Source of the DNA: an uncultured Candidatus Binatia bacterium
Lineage (GTDB): Bacteria > Desulfobacterota > Binatia > Bin18
Direction of reading: 5' to 3'
Assembly (NCBI GenBank): GCA_965214605.1
Contig: OZ243961.1
Location: 4,192,001-4,256,000, forward strand
Length of the DNA: 64,000 bases
Part shown: piece by piece, positions 50,905 to 60,125 of the stretch
How positions within the stretch are numbered: the first letter of the stretch is position 1
Layout: each line of letters starts with the position of its first letter
Notes under the pieces: model-generated
Databases searched by the model: none
What the model was told of the DNA's origin: nothing
The model's input: the letters and a program-made list of their open reading frames with translations, nothing else
Position numbers and translations under genes: made by a program

Positions 50905-51990
50905 ATGCGACTCGAAACCCTTTTGCCGCTCGGCAAGGTTGATCCGGGTTTGCGGGAGCCCGAAACCCCGCTCAATCTTGGCAGCGTGGCGGCCGACGCC
51001 CGACTGTTGGAGCGTCTCGGATACACCGGACTGGTGGTTGAGGAGACCAAAGACGATCCTTTTGTCATCATGGCCTTGGCGGCTCAGGCAACGACTCGAT
51101 TACGGCTTGGAACCGCGGTCGCTCTGGCCTTTCCACGCAGTCCGACGGTCACTGCGCTGAGCGCCTGGACCATCCAAAAACTGTCCGCGGGGCGTTTTAC
51201 GCTGGGTCTGGGGACACAGGTCAGAGGTCATATTCAACGCCGATACGGTATGCGGTGGTCGGCGCCGGCGCCGTGGATGCGCGAGTATATCGTCGCCGTC
51301 CGGGCCCTCTGGGCGCACTGGCAGACCAACGCACCGCTCAACATTCAGGGACAGCACTACACCATCAACCTGATGGTTCCGCTGTTCAATCCCGGTCCGA
51401 TTGAGCACCCGAATATCCCGATCCATCTGGCTGCGGTGAACAAGCTCATGTGTCGCGTTGCCGGCGAGGTCGCCGATGGGATCAGACCCCACCCGGTATG
51501 TACCCCGTCATATATCCAGCAGCGGATGTTGCCCGAGGTGCGGGTCGGTGCGGCCCGCACGGGCCGCTCGCTCAGTGACTTCCGGGTAGCTATGAAGCCT
51601 TTAGTTGCCACCGCTGCGACACGTGACGAACTTGTGCCAAAGATTCGTGATGCGCGGGCCAGGATCGCCTTTTACGCCTCGACGCCGAGCTATATCGTCG
51701 CCTTCGAGCACCTCGGTCTGGCTGATCTGACCCGTACCTGCAAGATCTTGTCGCGCCAGCAGCGCTGGGAGGAGCTTCCGGCCCATATCACGGACGAGAT
51801 CCTGGAGCAGTTCGTGACAATCGGGACCTATGATGAGATTGCCGACAAGCTCATCGACCGCTTTGGCCAGCTGGTTACCGACATTGAATTTTCTATTGCG
51901 CCTAAGACCGACGTCGAACGCAACCTGTTCGCCGATATGGTGCGCAAGATTCAGACCGATGATAGCGACCGGGGGCGGCGGGCAATCTAA
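50905..51990 (+). CDS. LLM-class probable F420-dependent oxidoreductase (MSMEG_2256-like)
   Basis: 'ET..DPF', 'GTAVALAFPRSP', 'GRF.LGLGTQV.GH..RR', 'LM.P.F.P', 'IAFYASTP.Y'. Confidence 0.9.
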   Translation: MRLETLLPLGKVDPGLREPETPLNLGSVAADARLLERLGYTGLVVEETKDDPFVIMALAAQATTRLRLGTAVALAFPRSPTVTALSAWTIQKLSAGRFTLGLGTQVRGHIQRRYGMRWSAPAPWMREYIVAVRALWAHWQTNAPLNIQGQHYTINLMVPLFNPGPIEHPNIPIHLAAVNKLMCRVAGEVADGIRPHPVCTPSYIQQRMLPEVRVGAARTGRSLSDFRVAMKPLVATAATRDELVPKIRDARARIAFYASTPSYIVAFEHLGLADLTRTCKILSRQQRWEELPAHITDEILEQFVTIGTYDEIADKLIDRFGQLVTDIEFSIAPKTDVERNLFADMVRKIQTDDSDRGRRAI

Positions 51991-52002
51991 GGAGGACGGC
52001 AG

Positions 52003-52365
52003 ATGAAACCGATTACCGGGGCGGAGTATCTAGCGGCTGAGCGCTATCCATCTCAGGCTGCCTTTCTCGCTGCCGCCGCCAAGATCTATGGGTTTAAGCT
52101 CCCCCCTGACTACGAATCGATTCAGGCCAACGCCGCACTGTTTGGCCGCATGTTTTTGCAGGAATTAGTCCGCAAGCTGTTGGTCGCTAACGGCCGTGGA
52201 TTCGATCCACAGGCGCAATCCAAACAGCAAGGGAATTGTTGCGCAACCTGGATCTTTGGATTCATGCGCTGCATGGACTGCGTGTATATTCCCGAGGGTC
52301 AGCAGCTCAAGACCTTTTACGATGCCGAAAGGGCAAAGATTACCGAACTGGCCAGCCAGGCCTAG
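52003..52365 (+). CDS. Hypothetical protein with CC and CxxC motifs
   Basis: AAGGAGG RBS directly after the LLM stop; contains 'GNCC' and 'RCMDC'. Confidence 0.7.
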   Translation: MKPITGAEYLAAERYPSQAAFLAAAAKIYGFKLPPDYESIQANAALFGRMFLQELVRKLLVANGRGFDPQAQSKQQGNCCATWIFGFMRCMDCVYIPEGQQLKTFYDAERAKITELASQA

Positions 52366-52404
52366 GGGCGATACCTCTCTCGTCCCTAGGCCCGCCCGGG
52401 CGGT

Positions 52405-53313
52405 TCAGGAGTCGACCAGACGGCCTTTCTCGTCTCGAATTTCGGGACCGTGGACCCGCGCCCGGCCGTCCCCAAACTTGGCATCTCGGGCGCGGAGCGT
52501 TTCACGGAGGCCCTTGTCTTTGACCGATTGCATATAGTCTCGCGCCGCCTGAGTGTTGTGACCCCGGACGTCGTTCTCGGCGGCTAGGCGTTGGAGGGTA
52601 CGGGCGCCCATCAGTTCGAGACCGAGGTTGATGATGCGTTTGTTGGCGCTGAGCAGATCCGGATCGATGAGGCATAGGCGGTCGGCCAGCTGCTCCACCT
52701 CGGCGGCCACCTGGTCGGCTGGCACGGCCTTTAAAACTAGGCCGATTGCCTGAGCCTCGGCACCGGTGATTGAGTCGCCGGTCAGCATCAGCCGTTTGGC
52801 CCACTGCGGACCGACGTGATACAGCCAGAAGTTCGTCGGTAGAGCGCCAAGGTCGCGGGCGGGTGGAAAAGCAAAAGTCGCATCCTCGGCAGCGATAATC
52901 ATGTCGCACAGCAGCGCGATATCGGTGCCACCGGCTAGGCAGTAGCCGTGCACCTGAGCGATGGTCGGCTTGTGCATGTCAAACAGGGCCATGCGGTAGC
53001 GTTGGGCGCGTTCGAGCTGCCAGGCGTCGTCATCAATGCTCCGGGAGCCACGATAGCGGTTTTGGTCGGATTCTACCCGAGACACGGCCAGCTTGCCGTC
53101 GGCCCCGGACAGATCATAGCCGGCTGAGAACGCACGCCCGGCACCACGCAGGATGACGCAGTGCACGTTCTTATTGTTATCGGCTTCCCACAGGGCTTCG
53201 TTCAGCTCCGCCTGCAGCTTCAAGGACAGGGCGTTGAGCTTTTCCGGGCGGTTGAGGGTGATACGCGCCCGGCCTCGCTCCACTTCATACTCAATGCTCT
53301 CGAACTCACTCAT
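52405..53313 (-). CDS. Enoyl-CoA hydratase/isomerase (crotonase) family
   Basis: 'ITLNRPEKLNA', 'GRAFSAGYD', 'KPTIAQVHGYCLAGG', 'CD.IIAAEDA'. Confidence 0.92.
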   Translation of the reverse strand: MSEFESIEYEVERGRARITLNRPEKLNALSLKLQAELNEALWEADNNKNVHCVILRGAGRAFSAGYDLSGADGKLAVSRVESDQNRYRGSRSIDDDAWQLERAQRYRMALFDMHKPTIAQVHGYCLAGGTDIALLCDMIIAAEDATFAFPPARDLGALPTNFWLYHVGPQWAKRLMLTGDSITGAEAQAIGLVLKAVPADQVAAEVEQLADRLCLIDPDLLSANKRIINLGLELMGARTLQRLAAENDVRGHNTQAARDYMQSVKDKGLRETLRARDAKFGDGRARVHGPEIRDEKGRLVDS

Positions 53314-53509
53314 GTGGTGTTCCTCCTCACAGCTGATGTTCCCTCGCGATACGCCGCGATTGTCCTTTGTCGCTCCGACTTTGTCAAACGCCACCAAGAG
53401 CGAGGGAACCTGACAAGGGATGCGACCCGAGGACTGGATAGTCTCCCCGTCCTCGGCACCTGATTGACGGCTTGTCAGGACGCAGTTATGGCATAGGCAG
53501 GAGGATACT

Positions 53510-54175
53510 ATGGCGACGATTGATCTCTATGATGCAATGCGAACCTTACGGGCGGTGCGGCGGCTGCGCCCGGATCCCATTCCTGACGATGTGCTCTACC
53601 GGGTATTGGAAGCGGCCACCTGGGCGCCGACCGGCGGTAACCGCCAGGCCTGGCGGATTATTGTGGTCAAGGACGCAGCCCGCAAACAGCGTCTGGGCGA
53701 GTTGTACAAAAAAATCACCATCCCCTATACCCAATCCTACCTGAAGCAGTTCGCCGACCGACCCGAGGCGGAACGGGCCAAGGCGGAACGGGTCATGCGC
53801 GCGAGTACCTATCTGGCGGAGCACTTCGGCGAATCGCCGGTGCTGCTGGTCTTTTGTTTTAATCCCGAAGGACTGGCCGTTACCGACGCCAAGCTGGACC
53901 GTTTGTCCGTGGTCGGCGGCGGTTCGATCTACCCCGCGGTGGAGAACCTGCTTCTGGCCTGCCGGGCCGAGGGGCTGGGCTGTGTGCTGACGACCCTGCT
54001 GTGTATGGAGGAGCCTGAGGTGCGCGAACTGCTGGCCATCCCCGACCCGTGGGGAACGGCCGCTGTGGTGCCGGTCGGCTATCCCGTTCTGCGTGGCCAC
54101 GGTCCGATCTCACGCCGCTCGGTTGAGGAGTTGACGTTTGCCGATTCATGGGGGACGCGGTTCTCCAAGGCATAA
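53510..54175 (+). CDS. Nitroreductase family protein
   Basis: 'TLRAVRRLRPDP', 'WAPTGGN.Q.W', 'SIYPAV.NLLLA.RA.GLG..LTT'. Confidence 0.92.
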   Translation: MATIDLYDAMRTLRAVRRLRPDPIPDDVLYRVLEAATWAPTGGNRQAWRIIVVKDAARKQRLGELYKKITIPYTQSYLKQFADRPEAERAKAERVMRASTYLAEHFGESPVLLVFCFNPEGLAVTDAKLDRLSVVGGGSIYPAVENLLLACRAEGLGCVLTTLLCMEEPEVRELLAIPDPWGTAAVVPVGYPVLRGHGPISRRSVEELTFADSWGTRFSKA

Positions 54176-54218
54176 GCGGGCGCGGAGGAGAATCCGCCGA
54201 ACCGAAGGGAGGGGACAC

Positions 54219-55235
54219 ATGAAGTTTGATACTGTCATTGCGGCCAGCGACTTTCTCAGCATTCGTGACTTTGCCCGCTGGGCCGAGGAGATCGGCTATG
54301 ATGGTCTGTGGTCAATTGAGACCGCCCACGAACCGTTTATGCCGCTGGCGATTGCCAGCACTGTCACCCAGGGGGTGACGCTGGGCACGGCTATTGCCGT
54401 GGCCTTTCCGCGCAACCCGACCGTGCTGGCCCACACGTGTTGGGATCTGCAGGCCAACTCCAACGGCCGCTTCATTCTTGGTCTGGGTACCCAGGTCAAA
54501 GGCCATAACGAACGCCGCTTTGGCGTCCCTTTTGTCTCCCCGGTCAAGAAATTGCGGGAGATGATTCTGGCCATACGGGCAGTCTGGGACTGCTGGCAGA
54601 ACGGCACCCGGCTGCGGTTTGAGGGCGAGTTTTACCGTCTGAGTATGATGACGCCGTTTTTTAGTCCGTCAAAAATCGGGCATCCGCAGGTTCCCGTCTA
54701 TATTGCCGGGGTCAATCGCCGGATTGCCGAGATGGCCGGTGAGGTGTGTGACGGCTTTCATGTCCACCCGCTCAACTCGCCCCGCTTCCTACGCGAGTCG
54801 CTCCTCCCAGCCCTTGAGGCCGGGGCGCGGCGTGCCGGCCGCTCCCGCGCAGATTTAACGCTGTCAACCCAAGCCTTGGTCGCGACCGGCGACAGCACCC
54901 AGGCTATCGCTGAGCAACGTGAGGAGATTCGGCGCCAGATCGGCTTCTACGCCTCGACCCGCACCTACGCGCCGGTGTTGGAGACCCACGGCTGGGCTGA
55001 GCTGAGCGGCAGACTGAACGCCAAAGCCGCGGCTGGAGACTGGGACGGTATGGCCCGGGAGGTGACTGACGATATGGTGGACGAGTTCTGTATCAGCGGT
55101 CCGATAGACGAGATTGGGAGTCAGCTGCGGACGCGTTACGACGGGCTGCTGGATCGGGTCAGTTTGTATTTCCCTTACCGTCCCGGCCAGAACGATGCCG
55201 GCTTGAAACGCATTGTTGAGGATGTGCAGGCTTGA
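54219..55235 (+). CDS. LLM-class probable F420-dependent oxidoreductase (MSMEG_2256-like)
   Basis: 'ETAHEPF', 'GTAIAVAFPRNP', 'GRFILGLGTQVK.H.ERRF', 'MTPFF.P', 'FYASTR.Y'. Confidence 0.92.
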   Translation: MKFDTVIAASDFLSIRDFARWAEEIGYDGLWSIETAHEPFMPLAIASTVTQGVTLGTAIAVAFPRNPTVLAHTCWDLQANSNGRFILGLGTQVKGHNERRFGVPFVSPVKKLREMILAIRAVWDCWQNGTRLRFEGEFYRLSMMTPFFSPSKIGHPQVPVYIAGVNRRIAEMAGEVCDGFHVHPLNSPRFLRESLLPALEAGARRAGRSRADLTLSTQALVATGDSTQAIAEQREEIRRQIGFYASTRTYAPVLETHGWAELSGRLNAKAAAGDWDGMAREVTDDMVDEFCISGPIDEIGSQLRTRYDGLLDRVSLYFPYRPGQNDAGLKRIVEDVQA

Positions 55236-55260
55236 GACCTGAGAGCAGGAGGACATTGTT

Positions 55261-56022
55261 ATGAGCACTTTTCAGTATGCAACTGTTCTGAGCACGCTTG
55301 ATGAGAAAGGGGTGCGCACCATAGCCCTCAACCGGCCTGAGCGCCTCAACGCGATGAATCGCAGCCTGATGGAGGATCTCGCCCGCGCCTTTGCCGACGC
55401 AAACGCCGACTCCAACACTCGGGTGATTCTCTTTACCGGTGCTGGCCGCGCCTTTTGCGCCGGCGATGATCGCAAGGATCATTTCCATCCGGAAAATCCG
55501 GCCCAGGCGCGGGAGTTTGTCAATGCTATCCAGCGGGCTACCCAAGAGATTGTCTTTGGTGAGGCACCGGTGGTGGGCGCGATTAACGGCTGGGCGGTCG
55601 GAGGCGGGTTTGAGTTAGCTATTGATTGCGATTTTCCCATTTGGGCGGCGAGTGCCAAGGGATTTTTCCCCGAGGTCTCGCTGAACGCCTTTGTCACTGG
55701 TGGGGTGACTTCCCTGTTGCCAGCCTTGGTCGGGCTTAACAAGGCTCGTGAAATGCTGTTTTTCGGTGAGCAGTACGACGCTCCAACACTCCTTGAGCTC
55801 GGGGTAGCGTGGCGTGTGGTGCCCGATAAGAGCCTGATGGGAGAGGCACGAAGCGTGGCCGAGAAACTGAGCGAGCTACCGCCGCTTGCGGTGCGATCCA
55901 TGAAGCGCGTTCTTAACCAAGGGGCCGCACGGGATATCAGCACTGCCCTGCGGCTTGAAACCGAGGCCACGGTTGCGGGCTTTCTCGACCCGGAAACAAC
56001 AGCGCGTCTCAGGGACTTCTGA
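55261..56022 (+). CDS. Enoyl-CoA hydratase/isomerase family
   Basis: 'LNRPERLNA', 'GRAFCAG.D', 'INGWAVGGG.E.A..CD', 'PEV'. Confidence 0.92.
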   Translation: MSTFQYATVLSTLDEKGVRTIALNRPERLNAMNRSLMEDLARAFADANADSNTRVILFTGAGRAFCAGDDRKDHFHPENPAQAREFVNAIQRATQEIVFGEAPVVGAINGWAVGGGFELAIDCDFPIWAASAKGFFPEVSLNAFVTGGVTSLLPALVGLNKAREMLFFGEQYDAPTLLELGVAWRVVPDKSLMGEARSVAEKLSELPPLAVRSMKRVLNQGAARDISTALRLETEATVAGFLDPETTARLRDF

Positions 56023-56081
56023 ATTTCTGCCGACTTGCGCTCTCTCCACATCTTTGATCATAAGTAGAGATTAGGAGGGCA

Positions 56082-56519
56082 ATGACTATGAGCGAGAATA
56101 CGTACAACGGGAGCTGTTTTTGTGGTGCGGTGAAATTAACCGTTAGCGGCGCACCGGTTGCTATGGGCTATTGCCACTGTGAGTCGTGTCGCCACTGGTC
56201 GGCGGGCCTGGTCAACGCTTTCACCCTATGGGACCCTAAGGCGGTTGTTATCACCCAAGGGGATGATAACCTGGGCAGCTATGCCAAGACCGACAACAGT
56301 CACCGCAAGTGGTGCAAAGTCTGTGGTGGGCACGTGTTTACCGAACACCTCGGCATGGGTCTGACAGATGTCTACGCAGCAATCATCCCAGACCTACGGT
56401 TCGAGCCGGCGGTTCACGTCTTTTACGGCGAAACCGTACTGCGTATCCACGACGGCATTGTCAAACAGCAGGATGTCCCGGCCGACATGGGTGGTTCCGG
56501 GGTTGAGCTGCCCGCATAA
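56082..56519 (+). CDS. GFA/CENP-V family Zn protein
   Basis: 'GSCFCG', 'CHCESC', 'WCKVCG', 'H.FY'. Confidence 0.9.
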   Translation: MTMSENTYNGSCFCGAVKLTVSGAPVAMGYCHCESCRHWSAGLVNAFTLWDPKAVVITQGDDNLGSYAKTDNSHRKWCKVCGGHVFTEHLGMGLTDVYAAIIPDLRFEPAVHVFYGETVLRIHDGIVKQQDVPADMGGSGVELPA

Positions 56520-56611
56520 TTCGGTGTCGGCCTTGGTTCGCAGACGTGACTTGACTAGCCGACAAAATTCTCCGAAAACCCAACAAAACAGAGCGTGTTA
56601 GGAGGAAAGCT

Positions 56612-58237
56612 ATGACAAACGCTGAACAACAGACTCAGACCGCTGGTACGGAGTCAGTCGAGCAATTTGATGCGATCGTCATCGGGGCCGGCGTGATGGG
56701 ATTATATCAACTGTACCGTCTGCTGAAGATGGGACTGTCGGTGCGGCTCTATGAGGATGGCGGGGGGGTGGGCGGCACCTGGTATTGGAACCGCTACCCC
56801 GGCTGCCGCTTCGATTCCGAGAGTGAAACCTACGGCTACTCCTTCTCCGAAGAACTGCTCCAAGAGTGGGATTGGAAAGAGCATTTTTCGGGCCAGCCGG
56901 AGAACGAGCGCTACCTCAACTACGTGGCCGATAAATTCAACCTGCGCTCTCACATTCAGCTCAATTCTCGGGTCGGCAGGGCAGTCTACGACGAGAACGA
57001 ACATTGCTGGGAGGTCCAGATTGAGAATGGTCGGCGAGCGCGGGCACAATTTCTCATTGCAGCGGTCGGTATCCTGTCGGCGACGTATATGCCTCCCTTT
57101 GAAGGAATCGACAGTTTTGAGGGCGAGTCGTTTCATACCTCGCGTTGGCCGAAGGAGAAGGTGGACTTTAGCGGCAAGCGGGTAGGGTGCATTGGTACGG
57201 GAGCTACGGCCGTGCAGCTCATCCCGATTGTAGCCCAGGAAGCGGGTCATCTGACCGTGTTTCAGCGCACGCCAAACTACTGCGCGCCGCTCAGGAATTC
57301 GGAAGTCGGAGGAGAGATCCAGCGCGAATGGAAGACCAGCTACCCGGAAATCCACAAGCGGTGCCGTGAGACTCCGGCCGGCTTTATGCATGATTTCGAT
57401 CCACGGTCCACCCTAGAGGTCCCCAAAGAAAAGCGACTGGCCCTGTACGAGGAGTTGTGGGCGCTGCCGGGCTTCAAGAAATGGCTAGGCAACTTCCACG
57501 ACATTATGACCAACCGGGAGGCCAACGAGGACTTCGCCGAATTTGTCCGTAACAAGATCCGTGGTCGGGTTCACGATCCGGTGGTGGCGGAAATGCTCGT
57601 GCCCAAGGATCATCCGTTCGGGGCCAAGCGTATCCCTCTGGAGACCAACTATTACGAGGCCTACAACCGGGATAATGTGTTGCTGGTCGACGTGCGCAAG
57701 GCCCCGATCGAACGCATCATTCCCAAGGGTGTTAAGACTCAGGATGCCGAGTACGAATTTGACGTCATCATCTATGCGACGGGCTTTGACGCGGTATCCG
57801 GGCCCTTGACCCGGATCGATATTCGTGGCGAAGACGGGCAGACCTTCAAGGATAAATGGGCCAACGGTCCACGCAGCTACCTTGGTCTTCAGACCGCCGG
57901 CTTTCCGAATTTCTTTCTTGCCACAAACTCGGCCTTCTGCAACTATACCGTCTGTGCCGAGATGATCGTGGAGTGGATAGCCGACTGCATCGGCTATCTA
58001 CGCGAGAAGAACCTCTCATGTATTGCGCCCACTCCGCAGGCCGAAGAAGCCTGGGTGGAACACGCCAACGAGTTGGCCGCCCAGACACTCTTGAGCGACG
58101 GAGACTCCTGGTTTATGGGCTCGAATATTCCGGGGAAGAAACGCGCCCTCCTGCTGTATGCCAACAGCGCCCCGGCTTATCGGAAGAAGTGCGCGGAGGT
58201 GGTGGCCAACGGCTACGAGGGGTTTGTGATTCAATAG
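56612..58237 (+). CDS. Type I Baeyer-Villiger monooxygenase
   Basis: 'GAGVMG', 'GGTWYWNRYPG...D', fingerprint 'FEGESFHTSRWP', 'GTGATA', 'ATGF'. Confidence 0.95.
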   Translation: MTNAEQQTQTAGTESVEQFDAIVIGAGVMGLYQLYRLLKMGLSVRLYEDGGGVGGTWYWNRYPGCRFDSESETYGYSFSEELLQEWDWKEHFSGQPENERYLNYVADKFNLRSHIQLNSRVGRAVYDENEHCWEVQIENGRRARAQFLIAAVGILSATYMPPFEGIDSFEGESFHTSRWPKEKVDFSGKRVGCIGTGATAVQLIPIVAQEAGHLTVFQRTPNYCAPLRNSEVGGEIQREWKTSYPEIHKRCRETPAGFMHDFDPRSTLEVPKEKRLALYEELWALPGFKKWLGNFHDIMTNREANEDFAEFVRNKIRGRVHDPVVAEMLVPKDHPFGAKRIPLETNYYEAYNRDNVLLVDVRKAPIERIIPKGVKTQDAEYEFDVIIYATGFDAVSGPLTRIDIRGEDGQTFKDKWANGPRSYLGLQTAGFPNFFLATNSAFCNYTVCAEMIVEWIADCIGYLREKNLSCIAPTPQAEEAWVEHANELAAQTLLSDGDSWFMGSNIPGKKRALLLYANSAPAYRKKCAEVVANGYEGFVIQ

Positions 58238-58265
58238 ACCGCTGTTCGTAGCCTCCTCCCCCTGA

Positions 58266-58287
58266 GCTGAGCGACCCGTCGCTCAGC
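58266..58287. terminator. Hairpin GCTGAGCGA-CCCG-TCGCTCAGC downstream of the BVMO gene
   Basis: 9-10 bp inverted repeat about 30 nt after the stop; no U-tract. Confidence 0.35.
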
Positions 58288-58304
58288 CCGGCCTCCTCCA
58301 CGAA

Positions 58305-58480
58305 ATGGGAGAGGGGCAGCTTCGGCATGCCTTCCTCGCGGCAGCGGCGGCCACTCGTGGGCTCGCTGTCGTGACGCGGAACACGGGCGGGTTCCGCAAC
58401 GAAGAGAGATGTGGCTTCCCCTGTACAGTTGCTGTCGTGACGCGGAACACGGGCGGGTTCCGCAACACCGGCGTCGCGAC
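58305..58480 (+). pseudogene. C-terminal relic of a VapC/PIN toxin gene
   Basis: 'LAAAAATRGLAVVTRNTGGFRNTGV' matches the PIN 'IAATA...L.VVTRN..DF..TGV' tail, with the catalytic Asp lost. Confidence 0.65.
58365..58466. repeat. Exact 36-bp direct repeat flanking a 30-bp unique insert (CRISPR-like geometry)
   Basis: GCTGTCGTGACGCGGAACACGGGCGGGTTCCGCAAC at 58365-58400 and 58431-58466, with an internal hairpin GCGGAAC/GTTCCGC. Spacer GAAGAGAGATGTGGCTTCCCCTGTACAGTT. Confidence 0.9.
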
Positions 58481-58748
58481 GGGCGGTATGAAGGCGCAAG
58501 AGGCCGCCGGCGCCGCGAGTTGCAAAGGAGTCACCCCTAATTCGCCGGCCAGGGCCGCGACGACGGGAAGGAACGCCGCCGTCGCGGCCGTATTGCCGGT
58601 GAGCTCGGTCAAATAAATGACGAGCGCCACAAGACCCAACACCAAAACGACGGCGGGATAGACGCCCAGCGCCCGCAGGCCGCCGCCCAGCCACTGGGCA
58701 AGACCGGTCGAGCCGATGGCCGCGGCCGGACTGAGGCCGCCGGACAAA
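58468..58748 (-). pseudogene. Fragment of a DASS/SLC13 di/tricarboxylate transporter gene
   Basis: 'GGLS.AAAI..TGLA.WLG...IYLTELT.NTA...FLPV...ASCAF..PVATP' covers the SNT and PVATP motifs of SLC13. Confidence 0.8.
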
Positions 58749-59393
58749 CAGGGAGACGCTGGTGACGGTTGACGGAGGAGAGATCGTCTACGAAATCGAT
58801 GACGACCTGTGTTCGGGTGCTGGCATACGATGGTCGAACGACGAGTTGACCTCTGCACTCAAGGGGCGGGTTGCAGCCGTGCTCTTCGATGACGAGGGTA
58901 AGGCGAACATCGAAGAAATCCTCGTCGCGTCGGCGGAGACGGACTTTGCTCGTGACGGACTACGTCGCGTGCTGGAGGATCCCGAGGAGATTGAGGAATG
59001 GAGGGTGGGAGAAGCGATTGCGGAAACCTATCTGACAGAGCATCGGTCATGCAGCTTCCCATGGCCGGACGGACGCGACGAGAGAAAGAGCGGGTCCAGC
59101 CTGCTGGGTGCCGATTTGGTCGGATTCGGGATCGCTGATGAAGGCGATTGCCTTGCATTCGGCGAAGTGAAGACATCTAGTGATCGCAGCCATCCCCCGG
59201 GAGCGATGTACGGTCGCACGGGGCTGAAGCGGCAGCTGGAAGATCTGCGGGACGACGAAGCCGTCCGCGACGATCTCCTGAGGTATCTCGGTCATCGTGC
59301 CGGGTCGGCTCCGTGGCGAGCGCGGTTCGAGTGTGCGGGAAGCAGGTATCTGCGGAACAAATCCGACATTCAACAGCCGCGGCCGCTGACTGG

Positions 59394-59711
59394 CTACGCG
59401 GTGCGCCGCAACAGCTCCTCTAAGGCCCGGCCTTGGCGTTCGAGCGCCTGGCCGATCTGGCGCACGGCCTGCCCCAACGCGGCGCCCTGTTGTTCGAGCG
59501 CGTGGCCCAGCTTGTCAATTTCACGATCGCGCCGCCGCCCGGCCTGCTGCATCTGGCGCAGGCCCCACACAAGACAGGCCAAGCCGCCGGCGCTGACGAG
59601 GAGCTGCACCCCCGCTATCACCACGCCGGCCTGGTTGACCCAGCTCGTGCGATTGGCGGCCTGCAAGGCGGCGACCGCCTCCCGCGCTAATTGGACAAGT
59701 TCCGGCTCCAT
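59394..59711 (-). CDS. Small single-TM plus coiled-coil protein (105 aa)
   Basis: AGGAGGAGG RBS; hydrophobic 'GVVIAGVQLLVSAGGLACLVWGL' followed by heptads 'GHALEQQ/GAALGQA/GQALERQ/GRALEEL'. Confidence 0.75.
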   Translation of the reverse strand: MEPELVQLAREAVAALQAANRTSWVNQAGVVIAGVQLLVSAGGLACLVWGLRQMQQAGRRRDREIDKLGHALEQQGAALGQAVRQIGQALERQGRALEELLRRTA

Positions 59712-59825
59712 CGTCGTCCTCCTCCTGATGCGCGCTGCCAGCGGGGCGCCGTGCGTAGCCGGCTGGCGGCCCGGCCGCGGCAAAAGGTGTGGCAAACCGT
59801 TGGAGGAGCGTGATACGCCGCGCGG

Positions 59826-60044
59826 TCAGGCCGCCGGCTGGCGCCCGGCGATCGACTCGCGCAAGCCCTCCAGCAGCCCTTCGAGGTGGGCCATGCGTTC
59901 ACGCAGCTCGGCTTGCCCCCGCTCAAGAGCGGCTAAGCGCGTCTCGACAGCCCGCAGGCGGGTCGCGACGCCGCGCTGCCCAGCGAGAATCACCCCAGCG
60001 AGGGCGACGCCTACGGCGAAAATCCCCATCAGTTCCGGGCTCAT
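59826..60044 (-). CDS. Small N-terminal TM plus leucine-zipper protein (72 aa)
   Basis: GAAGGAG RBS; 'IFAVGVALAGVILA' then 'LRAVETRLAALE...LRERMAHLEGLLEGL'. Confidence 0.8.
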   Translation of the reverse strand: MSPELMGIFAVGVALAGVILAGQRGVATRLRAVETRLAALERGQAELRERMAHLEGLLEGLRESIAGRQPAA

Positions 60045-60113
60045 CTCTCATTCTCCTTCAGAACTGGCGTATACCAGATCAATATTTTTCTCGCAAGGAA
60101 TTCTGTCAGGCTT

Positions 60114-60125
60114 GAGCAATTGCTC
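60114..60125. promoter_or_regulatory. Perfect 12-bp palindrome GAGCAATTGCTC in the insert's divergent intergenic region (candidate operator)
   Basis: Read from sequence; lies between divergent genes, one of which is an RHH-like regulator. Confidence 0.4.

Noticed and set aside
58365-58466. A bona fide CRISPR array
   Set aside because: There are only two repeats, no cas genes or AT-rich leader nearby, and the repeat itself encodes VapC-like sequence. It is reported as a repeat and a finding instead.
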